A program made the position numbers and the translations under genes. The notes below the pieces were generated by a model. The model was not told where the DNA came from. It saw only the letters and a list, made by a program, of their open reading frames with translations, and ran no database searches. Shown here piece after piece: positions 12,121 to 24,660 of a stretch of 64,000 bases of DNA (position 1 is the first letter of the stretch; each line of letters opens with the position of its first letter). Location of the stretch: the NCBI RefSeq assembly GCF_024521635.1, contig NW_026250404.1, positions 1,984,001-2,048,000 of the forward strand, in the 5' to 3' direction. The DNA comes from Tricharina praecox. Its lineage: Eukaryota.

Positions 12121-14211
12121 ATGCAGCCTTTTCTTACCAGGTCATCCCGCACCTCCGGCACCACCACTTGTTCTCTGTCGAATGTTCTCCTCTCAACATC
12201 CAAGAGCACGGCTGTGCTCAATGGCTCAACAGCGAAGAATACGAACATCAGAACCACCACCGCCACAACTACAACCACGAAAAATCACACCGACAGCTCT
12301 TCGCTGTTCCGGAGGTTCGGAGATTTCTACAAACGGTTCTACTCGACGGTATCGGAGAACGCTGGACCGGCGAGGGGGTTCAATGCAGTTACACCCAATG
12401 GAACGGGTAATATCTGCGGCAGCGGGTCGGTAGTCCACGGCGGCCGTTCCGTTGGGGAAGGCGTGGGGGGAGAGCCCGTGCGCACCGCTGCCGCACCTCC
12501 GAACCCTGCCGCCGCCGCCGCACCTCCGGTCCACGTAGGACGACGACAACCCAGCATCTCATCGGCGCACATACACTCGTTCAGATACCTGCCGAGTCGG
12601 CCGACTTTGGGCAGGGTGCGGGGGCGGGCAGCACCAGACAGAAACGGCCCTGGGGAACTCGAACCTGGCCTGCCGGCCGATAGCCCTCCCAACAGCAACA
12701 TCGAAGTATCGGTCTACAAACTGGTACGACGATTGGAGGACCACGACCGGCTGCTCAGAGCCCTCGAGACGGAGATTCAGCGGAGGAATTTGCTGTACCG
12801 GGAAGCGCAGTCGGCCACCGAGAAAGAAGTACATGCCAAAGAAGTGCAGTCGCTGCAGAAAGTTTACGTCCATATAGCAACACACTATTATGACACTAGA
12901 GTCGTGGCCCTAGTCATGAAAGCCGTTCAAGCTTCACAATCCCGAGTTGCGCCACTTGCGCACTCAACGACCATGCCATACCTACCGCCATTCCCTCACT
13001 ACGACTCACCACTTCCCCCCGTAGCTCTCAACAAGTCTATGCTGAACCTGTTTCATCCCCGAACCCCTCCGCCCCGAATTCTCATTAAAATATCCTACAA
13101 CCTTCTGACATCCAACTGCGCACCCAACGCCAAGACCTACAACATTTTGCTTCGCGGCTTCACCATCCACCGCCAGAACTCTCTCGCGCACATGGTCTTC
13201 CACAGCATGGTCGACCTCGGCATGCCGCTCGACGACTACGGCGTGGTAGCGGTAGTCAACCTCTGCGTCAAATCCGCCGACTACGACGCCTACCGGCGCG
13301 TTCTCCGGATCCTGCAGACGCAAGCGCGGGAAGGCGGGCAGCGCGTGCGGCGGAGCAAGATGGTGTACGAAGCGATGATCCACGGCGCGGCAAAGTTCGG
13401 GCACCTGGAGCGGATCCGTTTCCTGATCCGGGCGATCAAGCGGCATTTCCCGGACTCACCCTTCCTCAGCATGAAGCTGCTGACCAGCCTTCTGCGCCTG
13501 TGGACACAGAAGCGCAACTGGAAAGAGGGCAAAGTGGTATGGAAGCGCATGAAGCGCCTTGACCGGATCGCGCGCGTGCGCAGGGAAGAGCCCGCAACCG
13601 ACCTCCGCGCGTACTACCAGATGTTCCAGTTCTGCAAGTCGTGCGGGCGCGAGCCCGCCGCGGCCAAGATCCTGGAGGAGGCGCGCGTGCGCGGATGGGT
13701 CCACGACGGCGTCTCCATCGTGCGCCCGCAGAAGACGAAGGGCCTCCACGTCACCTCCGAGGTCAAGGTCCCGCGCCTCGCGGAGCTCACGCAGCTCTAC
13801 GCAAGATACAAGCGAAAGAACCTCCGCTCCCGTGACCCAGGCGAGTCCCGCAGAAACGCCCTCATGCGGTTACTAGAGAACGCTTTCGACTCCTATAACA
13901 CCCTCGACACACCAAAGAATGTCGCCCAGGACGACGAGTTCCTCGAAAAAGTCCTACTCCCGCCGCTGAAGGGCGCTGAGGAGGCGGGCCCGCCAGATCA
14001 AAAACCGAATGAGGAGCGATCGAAGATCTGGAGCGAGATACTGTCGTATCGTCTGGCGGCCCTGAGAGAGGAGATAACAATCGCAAACAACATCGAGGCC
14101 CTAATCTCCCAGGAGGCGCCGAAATCGGACACGCCGGAAGAGGATACCCTAGCGGCTTATCCGCTGGGCTGGAAACCGGATTTGATTGCGTATGCTCGGG
14201 GGACCGAGTGA
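12121..14211 (+). CDS. Pentatricopeptide-repeat (PPR) protein, probably mitochondrial
   Basis: Single long ORF with first ATG at 12121. PPR-like motifs include PNAKTYNILLRGF...AHMVFHSMVDLG and MVYEAMIHGAAKFG. The N-terminus is R/S/T-rich and acid-poor. Confidence 0.8.
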   Translation: MQPFLTRSSRTSGTTTCSLSNVLLSTSKSTAVLNGSTAKNTNIRTTTATTTTTKNHTDSSSLFRRFGDFYKRFYSTVSENAGPARGFNAVTPNGTGNICGSGSVVHGGRSVGEGVGGEPVRTAAAPPNPAAAAAPPVHVGRRQPSISSAHIHSFRYLPSRPTLGRVRGRAAPDRNGPGELEPGLPADSPPNSNIEVSVYKLVRRLEDHDRLLRALETEIQRRNLLYREAQSATEKEVHAKEVQSLQKVYVHIATHYYDTRVVALVMKAVQASQSRVAPLAHSTTMPYLPPFPHYDSPLPPVALNKSMLNLFHPRTPPPRILIKISYNLLTSNCAPNAKTYNILLRGFTIHRQNSLAHMVFHSMVDLGMPLDDYGVVAVVNLCVKSADYDAYRRVLRILQTQAREGGQRVRRSKMVYEAMIHGAAKFGHLERIRFLIRAIKRHFPDSPFLSMKLLTSLLRLWTQKRNWKEGKVVWKRMKRLDRIARVRREEPATDLRAYYQMFQFCKSCGREPAAAKILEEARVRGWVHDGVSIVRPQKTKGLHVTSEVKVPRLAELTQLYARYKRKNLRSRDPGESRRNALMRLLENAFDSYNTLDTPKNVAQDDEFLEKVLLPPLKGAEEAGPPDQKPNEERSKIWSEILSYRLAALREEITIANNIEALISQEAPKSDTPEEDTLAAYPLGWKPDLIAYARGTE

Positions 14212-15353
14212 GAGCGGGAGTGGCAGGGCGGCGGCGGGGGGTCTTGTATTATGTATGTATGGCGCTGGGGTTAAATTGGATGGATGGACCAGTACTTTGT
14301 TTTGTAGAGTAGAGTACATGTAGCTTCTTGATTTATCTATGGGGGTTTTGATTATGTGTACATACTGGATACTGGGCAGCATACTGTACTGGGTAGCATA
14401 CTGCGCGGCGTAGTTAGAGGGGATGTATTGTTGGCGTAGATATATCGGTGTAAATAGACGTATGATGGGTGCCGGGTGGGCAGCGATACATACGAAGGGG
14501 TATCTACTGCGAGTCTTCACGGCACGATGCGAGGCTCTGGAGTCGTCAAGGTTGAAAGGACATACGCAATCCACCGCGGAAGTCGAGGCTCAATGACTCC
14601 TAGTTACTGTTCTAGTTCCTGTTCCAGTTCAAGTTCCAGTTCGAATGTGTGTCCTCTCGCGCGAGGCTTGGAAGCAATACCTACTACCTACTATCATAGT
14701 AGCTATAGCAAACCCCACGGGACCCACCTCCACATCGCGATCACTCGGTAGTGGTGCCGTATGCAACATGACATGTGTGTGCTTTGCCAACGGAAGAGGG
14801 CTGGGCTGGGCTCTCTGTAGATTACCGGTAACCGCCATCATCTAGTAAGGTCGGATGTAATGATTAAACAAAAACCAGACAAAAGATGAAGAAAGATGAA
14901 GAAACAGTACGTGGATTGCCACTACGGTCACGATCACTCGTTCCGGGAGTCCGGTAGCCGCGGCTTCAGCGTCATGTTACCGCAAGGTAAGGAGCAGTAT
15001 CGTGCCGTAGTCCACTGTAGATGGAATAGATTGGAAGAAATCCACGGTACGTAGGGAGTGCAACGGGTGAGATGTTGTCGGTCACTGGAAGTCTGGAAGG
15101 TGTCGATCACAGCTGTGGCACTTTCACTCTGTAACTACCTCACTACCTATTGGTGGTGATAATCCATATTGCGTGCGGCCCATCTACTACTCTAGTAGAT
15201 CATGGTGATCTGGATCTCACTGTCCAACTTTTTTTCCGACGTTAACTAGTGATGGAGTGACGGGTCATGATGCTTCTCTGCCCGATATGAACCACAAGGA
15301 TGAAGAAACAAGGCCTGCTATTATATATGGGGTCCACTATCTGAAAAATCGAG

Positions 15354-16269
15354 CTATGCCTCCACGCCATTCTCCTCCACCGGATCCAGTCTCTGCATCA
15401 AATAGTCGATCTCGACCTCCTTCGTCATGGGTATCACCCAATCCTACTGCTGTTAGCTCAACTACTCAACATTCACCCGGGACAAACTATACTCACTCTG
15501 TACATCGCCACCACGGCATCGACATTAATCTTCACCGCCGTCTTCCCCTCCTCACACGGCGGCGCGCTCGGATCAGTGCCATACGTCCTGGCCTTAAGCT
15601 CGAGCCTCTTAAGCACCTGTAGCTCGACGGCAGGCTTCGTGATGGCATCCTCGAGGGCCTTGACATTGCCCTCCCTGATCCAGCGAGTAAACTCCTCGGG
15701 GCGCTCTCTAAACTTCGCTTCCGCCACAAACTTCCCAAAGTGTATTCTACGAGACAATGCCTGGAGACAAGCGACGTCCATGACCGCGGCGGAGCCGTAG
15801 TTCTCGTTGCCGACGCCGCGGTCGGTGTGTGGCCGACACGTCGCCGGCAGGATGTGCGCGATGTACGCCGCCTTGATCTTCTCGTTGATGTTGACGGTGT
15901 TCGGGTGCAGCAGCCGCGGGTACGATAGTGGTGCTAGGAACGGCCGTGGAAGCTGCCCCGGGAAGAATGGGTACTCGTCGGGGGCTTCGTACCGACGCAC
16001 TTGCGCGTGCACTCGCTCCTGCTGCAAGAGCATCCAGTCGAGGAACGAGCCGGTGAAGTCGGGGATCGTCACCCCGTGCGGTGTGTAGATTGAGGGCGAG
16101 TACGCGAATTGCACCCGCTCGATCAGGTGGAAGATTATCGTGTCCTCAAGGCGGCTGCTTGGTTAGGTGGGGTGCGCAGTGGGGGAACGGGGAGGTACAT
16201 TAGTTGGTAGCGGATGTTGGAGAGGTCGAGCGCCGACGAGGCGTCGGTGAGGTCGATTGCTGAGTCCAT
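15354..16269 (-). CDS. ARO7: Chorismate mutase (eukaryotic AroQ type), 3 exons
   Basis: LDLSNIRYQLIRLEDTIIFHLIERVQF, VRRYEAPDEYPFF, CLQALSRRIHFGKFVAEAKF and WVIPMTKEVEIDYLMQRL. Introns at 16155-16198 and about 15444-15496. TAG at 15354-15356. Confidence 0.97.
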
Positions 16270-16994
16270 TGAGTGGGTATCTGGATGGAGTGTGGGTGGT
16301 TGCGGTGGTGGTGAAGCTGAATTGGTTGGTGTACCTGTAGATGGTGGTGGTGGTGAGGGTGGTGGTGGTGTTGCTTCAAGCCAGTCTTGCAGTGGTCAGT
16401 CAGAGTCAGAGCGCAAGCCAACTTTATATCGCCCCGCTCCCAGATCAGCTCGGTAAATCGTAGTCCACTGCCAGCGAGCGAGCGATGCGGCGGGCCTAGT
16501 TGGCCACGCATCTAAGGCTTCATTCAAAGCTGACCGGCCTGGCTGCGATGGACGTGTCGTCATCCCATTTCTCGGCCTCGGTCTCACCCGTCCGAAAGAA
16601 AGCAAATTCCACGGCCGAACGCATCTCCATGTCTAACATCTCGACGCGCTTCGATATGTAGAGTGTGTATGTACGATGGCCCCGCCAATCAAGGCGGGGT
16701 GTCGGAAGTCTGTTGCCTAGATAAAGAACCTTGGACTACAATAGCGGGGAGGGTGGGGGCACGTGAAACTGCGGCTCAACACTTCCCTGCAGAGCGCATC
16801 AAATTGAGTTTTGGTGGATCAAACTTCCTATATACGACGACTGCACGCATATCATGTATGCGAGTGTCTGTCGCAGACCTCTCTGGTGCTCCACCGTCAC
16901 CACCAAATCCACCCGCCGCCTCTTCAGCACCACCCTTCTCGCCCCCGCCGCCACAAGAATATCCTACGACTTCCCGCCGCACAAGTCGCACAAG

Positions 16995-18836
16995 ATGCCT
17001 CCGAACGGGGCCGCGAATCGCATCCGCGTCGCCGTCGACGGCTGCGTACGCATTCTTCCCCGTCCCCGTCCCCGTCCCCAACACGCTCACACCGCTAACC
17101 ACCCACCCACTGCTGCTTTAGGGCCATGGCAAACTAAACGTGATGTACGACGCGATTGCGCGAGCCTCAACAGACTCGAACTTTGCGGTGGACCTACTCA
17201 TCATCTGTGGCGACTTCCAGGCGGTACGAAACATGACCGACCTCGAGGTCATGTCCTGCCCGCCAAAGTACCGCGAGATCGGAGACTTCCACGAGTACTA
17301 CTCCGGCAAGCGCGTGGCGCCCGTCACGACAATCTTTATTGGCGGGAATCATGAAGCGAGCAGTCACAACGCCGAGCTGTGGGTTATACATCCCGGGGGT
17401 GAAGGGGGTGGTGGAGAGTATCGTGCGCGGGTGTGCTGATGGATGATGATTCTGCATAAAGCTTCCACGGCGGCTGGGTAGCACCGAACATCTACTACCT
17501 CGGAGCGTCGGGGGTGATCCAGTTCGGCGGGATCCGGATCGGCGGGCTCAGCGGAATCTACAAATCGCACGACTACAACCGGCCGCACTCCGAGAAGCTC
17601 CCGTTCTACCCGAGCGAGGTGCGCAGCATCTACCATGTGCGCGCTTACGACGTGTTCAAGCTCCACCAGCTCTCCGGCGACGTCGATGTCATGCTCTCCC
17701 ATGATTGGCCCGCGAATATAGAGCACTTTGGTGATACCCAGGGCCTCTGGCGTATGAAGCCGTTCTTCAAGAGTGATAGTGAGAAGGGAGAGCTGGGCAG
17801 TCCGCCTGCCGAGGGGCTGCTGAAGAAATTGAGGCCGAGGTACTGGTTCTCCGGGCATATGCATTGCAAGTTTGGGGCGATAGTAAAGCATGAGGGGGAT
17901 TGGAAGGCTGAAGAGGATGGGAAAGGCGGGGTATTTGCGGAGGCGAAGAATCCCGACGAGCTGGAATTGGATCTGGAGGATGCCCCGGCGGCGGTGAAGA
18001 ATCCCGACGAGCTCGACCTAGACCTGGACGACGTTCCCCCAGAAGCGGCAGCGGTCAACAACCCCGATGAGCTCGACCTAGACCTCGACGACACACCCGC
18101 GGCCGCGCCCACAGCGGCGCAGGGACCCGCAGAAATCGACATCGACATCGACACCACCACAACAGAAGCCCCCACAGCAAGCATCCCCGAAGACACACTC
18201 CCCCCACCCCCACCCCCGACCAACGACCTCACCCGCTTCCTCGCGCTAGACAAAGCCATGCCTGGGCGGGAATACCTCCAGTTGCTCGCGATCCCGTCGA
18301 CCTCCGCGACGCCGCAGCCAAAAACACTCAGCTACGACCCCGAATTCCTAGCGATAACACGTTTCATCAACAGATACCCCGCCTCATCGGCAGACACGCT
18401 GACCACTTTGCAATCCCTAAGCACCGCCTCGATCCGCGCGGGCATTGCGCGCGAGCGCCAATGGATCGAGGAAAACATCGTTGCCGCCGGCAAGCTGGAG
18501 ATCCCGCAGAACTTCTCGATCACTGCGCCACCATACGCGCCGGGCGAGAAGGTCACCGGTCAGCCCGCGAACTATCGCAGCCCTCAGACGAAGGCGTTCT
18601 GCGAGCTCCTCCAGATGACGGATTGGGTCAGTGTTACCGACGAGGAGTGGAAGGCAAAGAAGGAGCTGCTCAAGAGTAATCCGCCCAAGTATATGCCGCC
18701 GGTTGGAGGGCATGGGGGGCATAGAGGTGGTGGATTTGGCGGTGGGAGAGGCGGGTGGAGGGGAGGTAGGGGGGGAGGTGGTGGAGGAGGAGGTAGAGGT
18801 GGGGGGAGAGGGGGAGGAAGAGGTGGGAGGGATTAG
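16995..18836 (+). CDS. DBR1: RNA lariat debranching enzyme, 3 exons; possible upstream in-frame start at 16854
   Basis: Motifs VAVDGCGHG, LLIICGDFQAVRN, FIGGNHEAS, GGWVAPNIYY, SHDWP, YWFSGHMH, TRFLALDK and LSYDPEFLAI. Introns at 17046-17121 and 17379-17461. Confidence 0.96.
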
Positions 18837-20791
18837 GCTAGGATTGGGATTGAGATTGGGATTTTGCATTTTTGTGGGCAACGGCGCTTAAAATCTAGTG
18901 TTTCTGTCGGATCATGTTCCATGGGTGAGTGATTGTGTGTGAAACTTGGAAAACGTGCTGGGATGGAAGCGCGAGTGTACCCGCCCGCAAACTAGTACTT
19001 GGGATAGGTGGTGGCTCGTGGGGATGTTTTACTCAGCTACCTTGGGGAAGGGGGGAGTGGAGGCGACTAACGTCGAGTTTACGACTCACGGTCTCCACGG
19101 CGGATCACTCGCTCACAATCATCGCTTCCGCAGCGGCATACGGTATCACACTCGTTTTGCGAGCGGAGACAGCGAAGACAGCGGGGATCTACCTAGTCCG
19201 GTTCCTGAAAAGGCAATAAAGCGGACGACGGTCTCGCACTACTACTACGGTGGGTAGAGTATCAGTTGCAGTCCGGCCCTGCTCCCAACGGAGAGCATCT
19301 ATCACTACCGGACAACTAGAAGACGCAGACGCAGACGCAGACGACAGGTTGCTGCTGGTGGTGCTTGTGGTGGTAGTGCTGCTGCTGGTGGTGATCGTAT
19401 CACGGCAAACAGACGAGGCAGCATCCGCTCAAGCCCCACGCCGCACCGCACCGTGACCGGCAGAGATGAATATCGGAGCAAAAGTCTCTAGAGCGAGCCA
19501 CAGAAGGTCAACTAGGACTAAAGGTCAACTCGGTCTCGAACTCGGACTCGAGCCCGTCACCGCACCCGGATGAGCACTCGGATGGCCAATGAGCAGTGAG
19601 CACCCTGAGACCCTCTTCCGCCGGCCCGAGAAGGGGGGAGATAGGGGGAGGGGAGTAGGCCGGCAATTCCGAGCTTCCTGTGTAACTCCGCCTCCGTTGG
19701 AGTACTCCCGGCAGCAGAGTAGGAGTAGACCCGGCCGTCAGAAGCGGCCGAGGCCCCCGTTCGAACCAGTAGGTCCGATGCAGTGGCTTTACTTTGAGCG
19801 GATAGCGAGCGGATAGAGTACATTAGGTAGCGAGAGAGGCAGACGCATACGCAGACGCAGACGCAGATGCAGTGGTGGAGGAGGGGAGGCGGAGGAGGGG
19901 AGGCGGAGGAGGCGGATGCACAGGTAGAGAGGCGGACGCAGAGGCGGAGGAGGAGAGAGGCGGCGGCAAGCAGGGATCCGGCGCTGCCCTACAGTACAGT
20001 ACCGAACAGTACCGAACAGTACAGTATAGTATAGTAGGTACAGTATTGTACAGGGTCGCTCGTGGTCCGTGGAATCGGGATCGGTTTCTTGCCGCTGTTC
20101 TTGCCGCTGTTCTTTCCTTTCTTTTCCCTTACGTTAGCCAGTAACTACATAGCAACCGGACGCGAGCCCAGTCGGAGGAACGTCGAGCAGGGAACCCGGA
20201 CGGTGGATAGGGAGCAGTCTTCCCAGTCCCAGATTCCTAATGCGAGTACCTACCGTATGATCCAACAAGGTGCCATAAGTCCAACAAGGTGCTATAAGTC
20301 TATGACCGACCCGGTCGACCGTCAACCAACACAGAACGATAAGCTAAAATTAACAACCACCCCTTACCCCTTACCCCCTCCAGCCTCCAGGTTCCCCCAT
20401 GAGCCATCACATCACAAGACATCACATCCACCATTGCATTATCACATCACATCAAATCAAGTCACGATCAAGCAGCAAGCACCAGAGCAGTACGAGAGTA
20501 GGTAGTAGTAGTAACAACCTCAGTATTTCCACCCCCATCCCCTCCCTCCATCCCCTTTCCCCCACCCCACCGCATCCCATCCCTTCCAAGTTCCCCCATC
20601 ACCCCCCGTCAACCCAAATTCCAATAACCCTACCCAGTAAGTATCCAAGTAAGAATCCATTTTTGAAAACCACAGAAGAGAGAAAGAAAGAACCCTATAC
20701 AAAAACACGAAAAAAACCGCAACAAAAAACCCACAAGGTAGAATAGAAGCCCCTCCGCTCCGGCCCCGTCCCCGGCCCCCGTCCCCCCTTA

Positions 20792-20911
20792 TCCAACCAA
20801 CCAACCAACCAACCAACCAGTCCATCCGAAACGAAACCGAACCAGACCTAACTCCAAAACATAAAAAGCAGACGCGAAGACGAGAGACGAGAGACGAGAG
20901 ACGAGAGAGAG
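20792..20911. repeat. (CCAA)n and (GACGAGA)n microsatellites downstream of the Zn2Cys6 gene
   Basis: Seen directly at about 20792-20819 and 20879-20911. Confidence 0.85.
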
Positions 20912-21372
20912 AAAAGATAGTGCGAAGCCACCAATAAGCAATACATCAACTGGGAACAGAAAAGGAAAGGAAAGGTAAAAGCGATAGTGCGAGTGAATAG
21001 ACGGTAAAATGTTGAAGGTAAAAGAAAAGAGGAGAGGTATCCGGGATATATAGCCAACCAAACAAAGGAAAGAGAACAGAAAACAGAGACAAAAAACAAT
21101 ACACAAAGCCGCCGCCGCCTGTAATGGAGAGAGAGATAGATGTATGTACCGTGCCCGAAGAAAGGAGATGAATAGAGGAAAGAGAAATCTTTTGCAGACC
21201 CCGCCCACAATGCTTCATAACACAGGCAAGTATCCGATGCGTGCAATGCCGTCAATCAATGAGCTCGGAAAGGAACATAAAGTAACATCAACAGGAATCA
21301 AAGAGAAAGCAAAGGGCGAATAGTTGTGGCAGGTGATTGATTAGAACCAGACATTAGGCTGTTTGTTGGCCA

Positions 21373-24300
21373 TTAGACCATGAGGTATTCCATCTCGTCC
21401 GAGGCAATGATCTTTCTCCAGCGAAGACCTCTGCCACCAATGCTGCGGTTCTCGGCCCTCCCGGTCCTTCGAGATCCAGCAAATAACCCACTGGCACTAT
21501 CATCGTCGTCATCTTCCTTCCAGATCCGTTCCAGGGCGTCGAGGCCAGAAAATTTATTGAAGAATCCCACGTCGCGTTGCATTTCCAGACACCTCTCGCG
21601 GATAAGCGTCTTGTGGGCGTCGATCACACACTCGGACCCGGTGATAAATAAGGGCCATAGGAGTCTGCTGCCCAACCCGTTCGAGGGGATGCAAGCAACG
21701 TGGTCGAGGACTTCGCGGACGGTATTCTGGAATATCGAATGCGATGACGGAAGATGCGGGTAGGCGAGTCTGTCGAGATATAATATCGCAGCGTAGCGAT
21801 AGACGTTGCAGGCGTGCAACCAGTGGTTCATTTCGACCGCCTCCAGGGCTCTCACGTGGGCGCTCGGTGGTGTCCTCGCGAAAACAGGCGGTGACGCCGC
21901 CGGAGGACTCATCGAAGACTCGCGTTTGACTTCCACGGGGTTTATCTGAGAGGAGGTCGCCGCGTACTGAGTGGTCGGCTTCCATTCGTACAGGTCTGAC
22001 TTCATGGCATTCCAAGCCAACCAGAAGTCGCTCCTCCCGTCGTTCTCGTTCCGTGCGGGTTCCGACTCTCCATCATCCTCCTCGTCGGCAGGATCGATTT
22101 CGTTCTTGATTGCGGGCCCCGCCGGCTCTTGGCTCAGCATGTTGATCCTCCCCAGTCCGGCAAGACGCATAAAGAGATCGCGATCGCATCCGGTGAGTGA
22201 CTCGAGGCTCCATTCGTCGGTGGAAGCATGGATCATGTCCAGATAGCCACCCCGAAGCTGGGCTTCCCGGTTGTTGATTGAGCTGCACATGTTATCCAGC
22301 CAACAGAAGACGGTCTCCATCCACCCCCACCGACCAGTCTCCTTGCCAACCTCCCTCATCATCATCAACCGCTTCACACCTGCAAGATGGGTTTTGAACA
22401 TCCCAACACCCGTGTCGCAGATGTGATACAGTAGCAAGATGAGAAGGGTTGCCGAAACCGAATCCTCTTTCGACAACACGGGGTCGGTGAGTTGGTGTTG
22501 GAGGAGCTTGGTGCAGTTGTTCTTGTGGTGCAACGCGCTGTCGGATGTCTCGTGCACTCCCGACGAATCGCGCGGCGTCGTTGTCGAAGGATAGTCATCA
22601 GAATTCCGGTAGGGGGAATGCGGTGATGTCGGCATGAGACTTTCCGGATGGCTGACAGTCGGCAACCCCATCCTCTTACGGGACTGGAGATGGCTCCGGG
22701 ACAACGCAAAGATCGCCTCGAGCAGTGCCGGGTTCTCAAAGGCCATCGGTAGGATCTGGCGGCGGAAAGGATTGTTGTGTCCGTCAAACACAACGACCGC
22801 CGCACAGACCGACTTGTCGTAATAGTCGATCAGGAACCTCAGGAACGGATCAAGATGTGCAAGCTGCGGAGGTGGAAGAACCGGGCCTAGGGAGAGTTCT
22901 CGAACATCTCCCCGATGCCGGCGATGGTAGTTGGACGGATTAATCGGCGCATGCGCTGGAATGGACTGACGGTACCCGGGCACGCTGAAAGTGATATCCG
23001 AACCGGCGGGAGCTGAAACCACGACCGAAATCAACCGAGTCAGAAAGGTGGCCGCAGATAGGACAGAGCAGAATAAGAAGAAAAAATAGTCGTACAGGAC
23101 GGTGTAAATCAACCGCAAGAGAGAAGGCGCGCAAACTGTCGCTGAGATGGACCTCTAAAGGATGCAGACAATATACAAAAAAAAGTAGGAAAAAGCAAAA
23201 TACGAGCAGCTGGAAGAACCAAGCGTTAGAACGTACCGAGCATATCTTCATCGTACAACAGGTCGGACAGGTTGTTGTGGCCCGGGGGTACATGTTGGTG
23301 ATGAAGATTGCCTACTCCCATGTTTGGCCCATTCCACGACTGTCCGTTTGGGTGGACATGACCACTGTGCATCATGCGCGGCGCCGGTGCGTGCACCGAG
23401 GCAGTCATAGGCGCGTAAGAGACACCGCTGCTAGTGGCCGTCATGGACGGTGACCCGTGGTATGATGCACTCGTCACCCCCGAGACCATTTCATACATTG
23501 GGGCAGACGCAGGGGCGGAGGAGATTGGGTAATGGTGGTGATGGGGACCATTGTTGAAGCTCGGCTCGTACTCCGACATCGGCGACAGCAGCATCGACGG
23601 GGCCTGTTGCTGAGGCAGGGAGACATGGGAGTAAGGGGATTTGTGGTATTGCGCATTGCCGGAAGGGGAGGATGCCTGGTAATGCTGCTGTTGGGCTTGC
23701 GGCGCCGGGGGATGTTGATGATGATGGTGTTGCTGCTGCTGCTGCTGGTGATGGTGCTGCTGCTGCTGGTGATGTTGATGCTGGTGCTGGTGATGTTGGT
23801 GCTGCTGCTGCTGTTGGTGCTGCTGGTGATGGTGCGCCGGCTGCTGCGGCTGCTGCTGCTGGTGTGATGGCGGAGGAGTCTGCGTCGGGTGCGGCAGTAC
23901 GGGCGAGCGGTAAGATGGTTGTGATACAGCGGAATAGGGGGATGAGATCCCAGATGGCGGGGATCTCGAAGAAGGCAATCCACCCCTGGCGGAGAGCGCC
24001 GGACTATGCACCGAGATCGCTGATTGCGGTGTCGCAGACATCGCCGATGATGGTGCACGGGATACTGCAGAGTTCGACGGCGGTTCCATGTTGACGAAAT
24101 CATAGCTCGTGATGACACTGAGTTTGCTGACGCTTGCCGTCAACGGAGGTGACGTGCGCTGCTGCTGCTGTTGCTGCTTCTGATTTGCTCCGTAATTCGG
24201 AGTCCCCGCGCCTGCCGTCCTAGCCTTCTTTGCCTTCCCTTCCTGTCCTTCCTTCTGCTTCGAAATCCTGTCCTTCCTCTGCTGCTCGGTGACGGCGTTG

Positions 24301-24602
24301 AGCACCGGCAGTGACAAGCCCCTGAGCTTTCCCCTACTCGCAACCCCGACACCCCACGTAAGTTGAGTTCGGTAGCCTTTGCATGTCTGGTCGCCTTCGA
24401 GGCATGGCCCGCAGTAGGGCCGTCGCCTATCGCACTTGATGCCGGCGGAGCGGCAGCTAAAGCAATCCTCAGCCGCTCCGGTTGCAGGAGCTCTTCGTCT
24501 GCGCTTCTTGGTTGGGGACGCCGGGGTACTTGATGCGGCCATGGCGGCTGTAGGGATGGCAATCGCTGCGGCAGCAGGTTGTGTGAGCATTACGGTGGAC
24601 AT
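21373..24602 (-). CDS. Zn(II)2Cys6 transcription factor, acr-2-like, with a C-terminal fungal-specific TF domain (2 exons)
   Basis: DCFSCRSAGIKCDRRRPYCGPCLEGDQTCKGYRTQLTWGVGVASRGKLRG matches my recollection of acr-2-type regulators. Exon 2 has NPFRRQILPMA...LLEAIFALS and LLWPLFITGSEC. Intron 23013-23236 (GTACGT...CTGAC...CAG). Confidence 0.88.
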
Positions 24603-24660
24603 ATAATCGGCGGTGATTATCGCAGTGTTGATCGGAGCAGTGGTATATTTTCTAGGCCGA

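Noticed and set aside
16403..16408. TGACTC (Gcn4/CpcA core) upstream of ARO7
   Set aside because: A single hexamer inside a small TCAG repeat, which is too weak to call.
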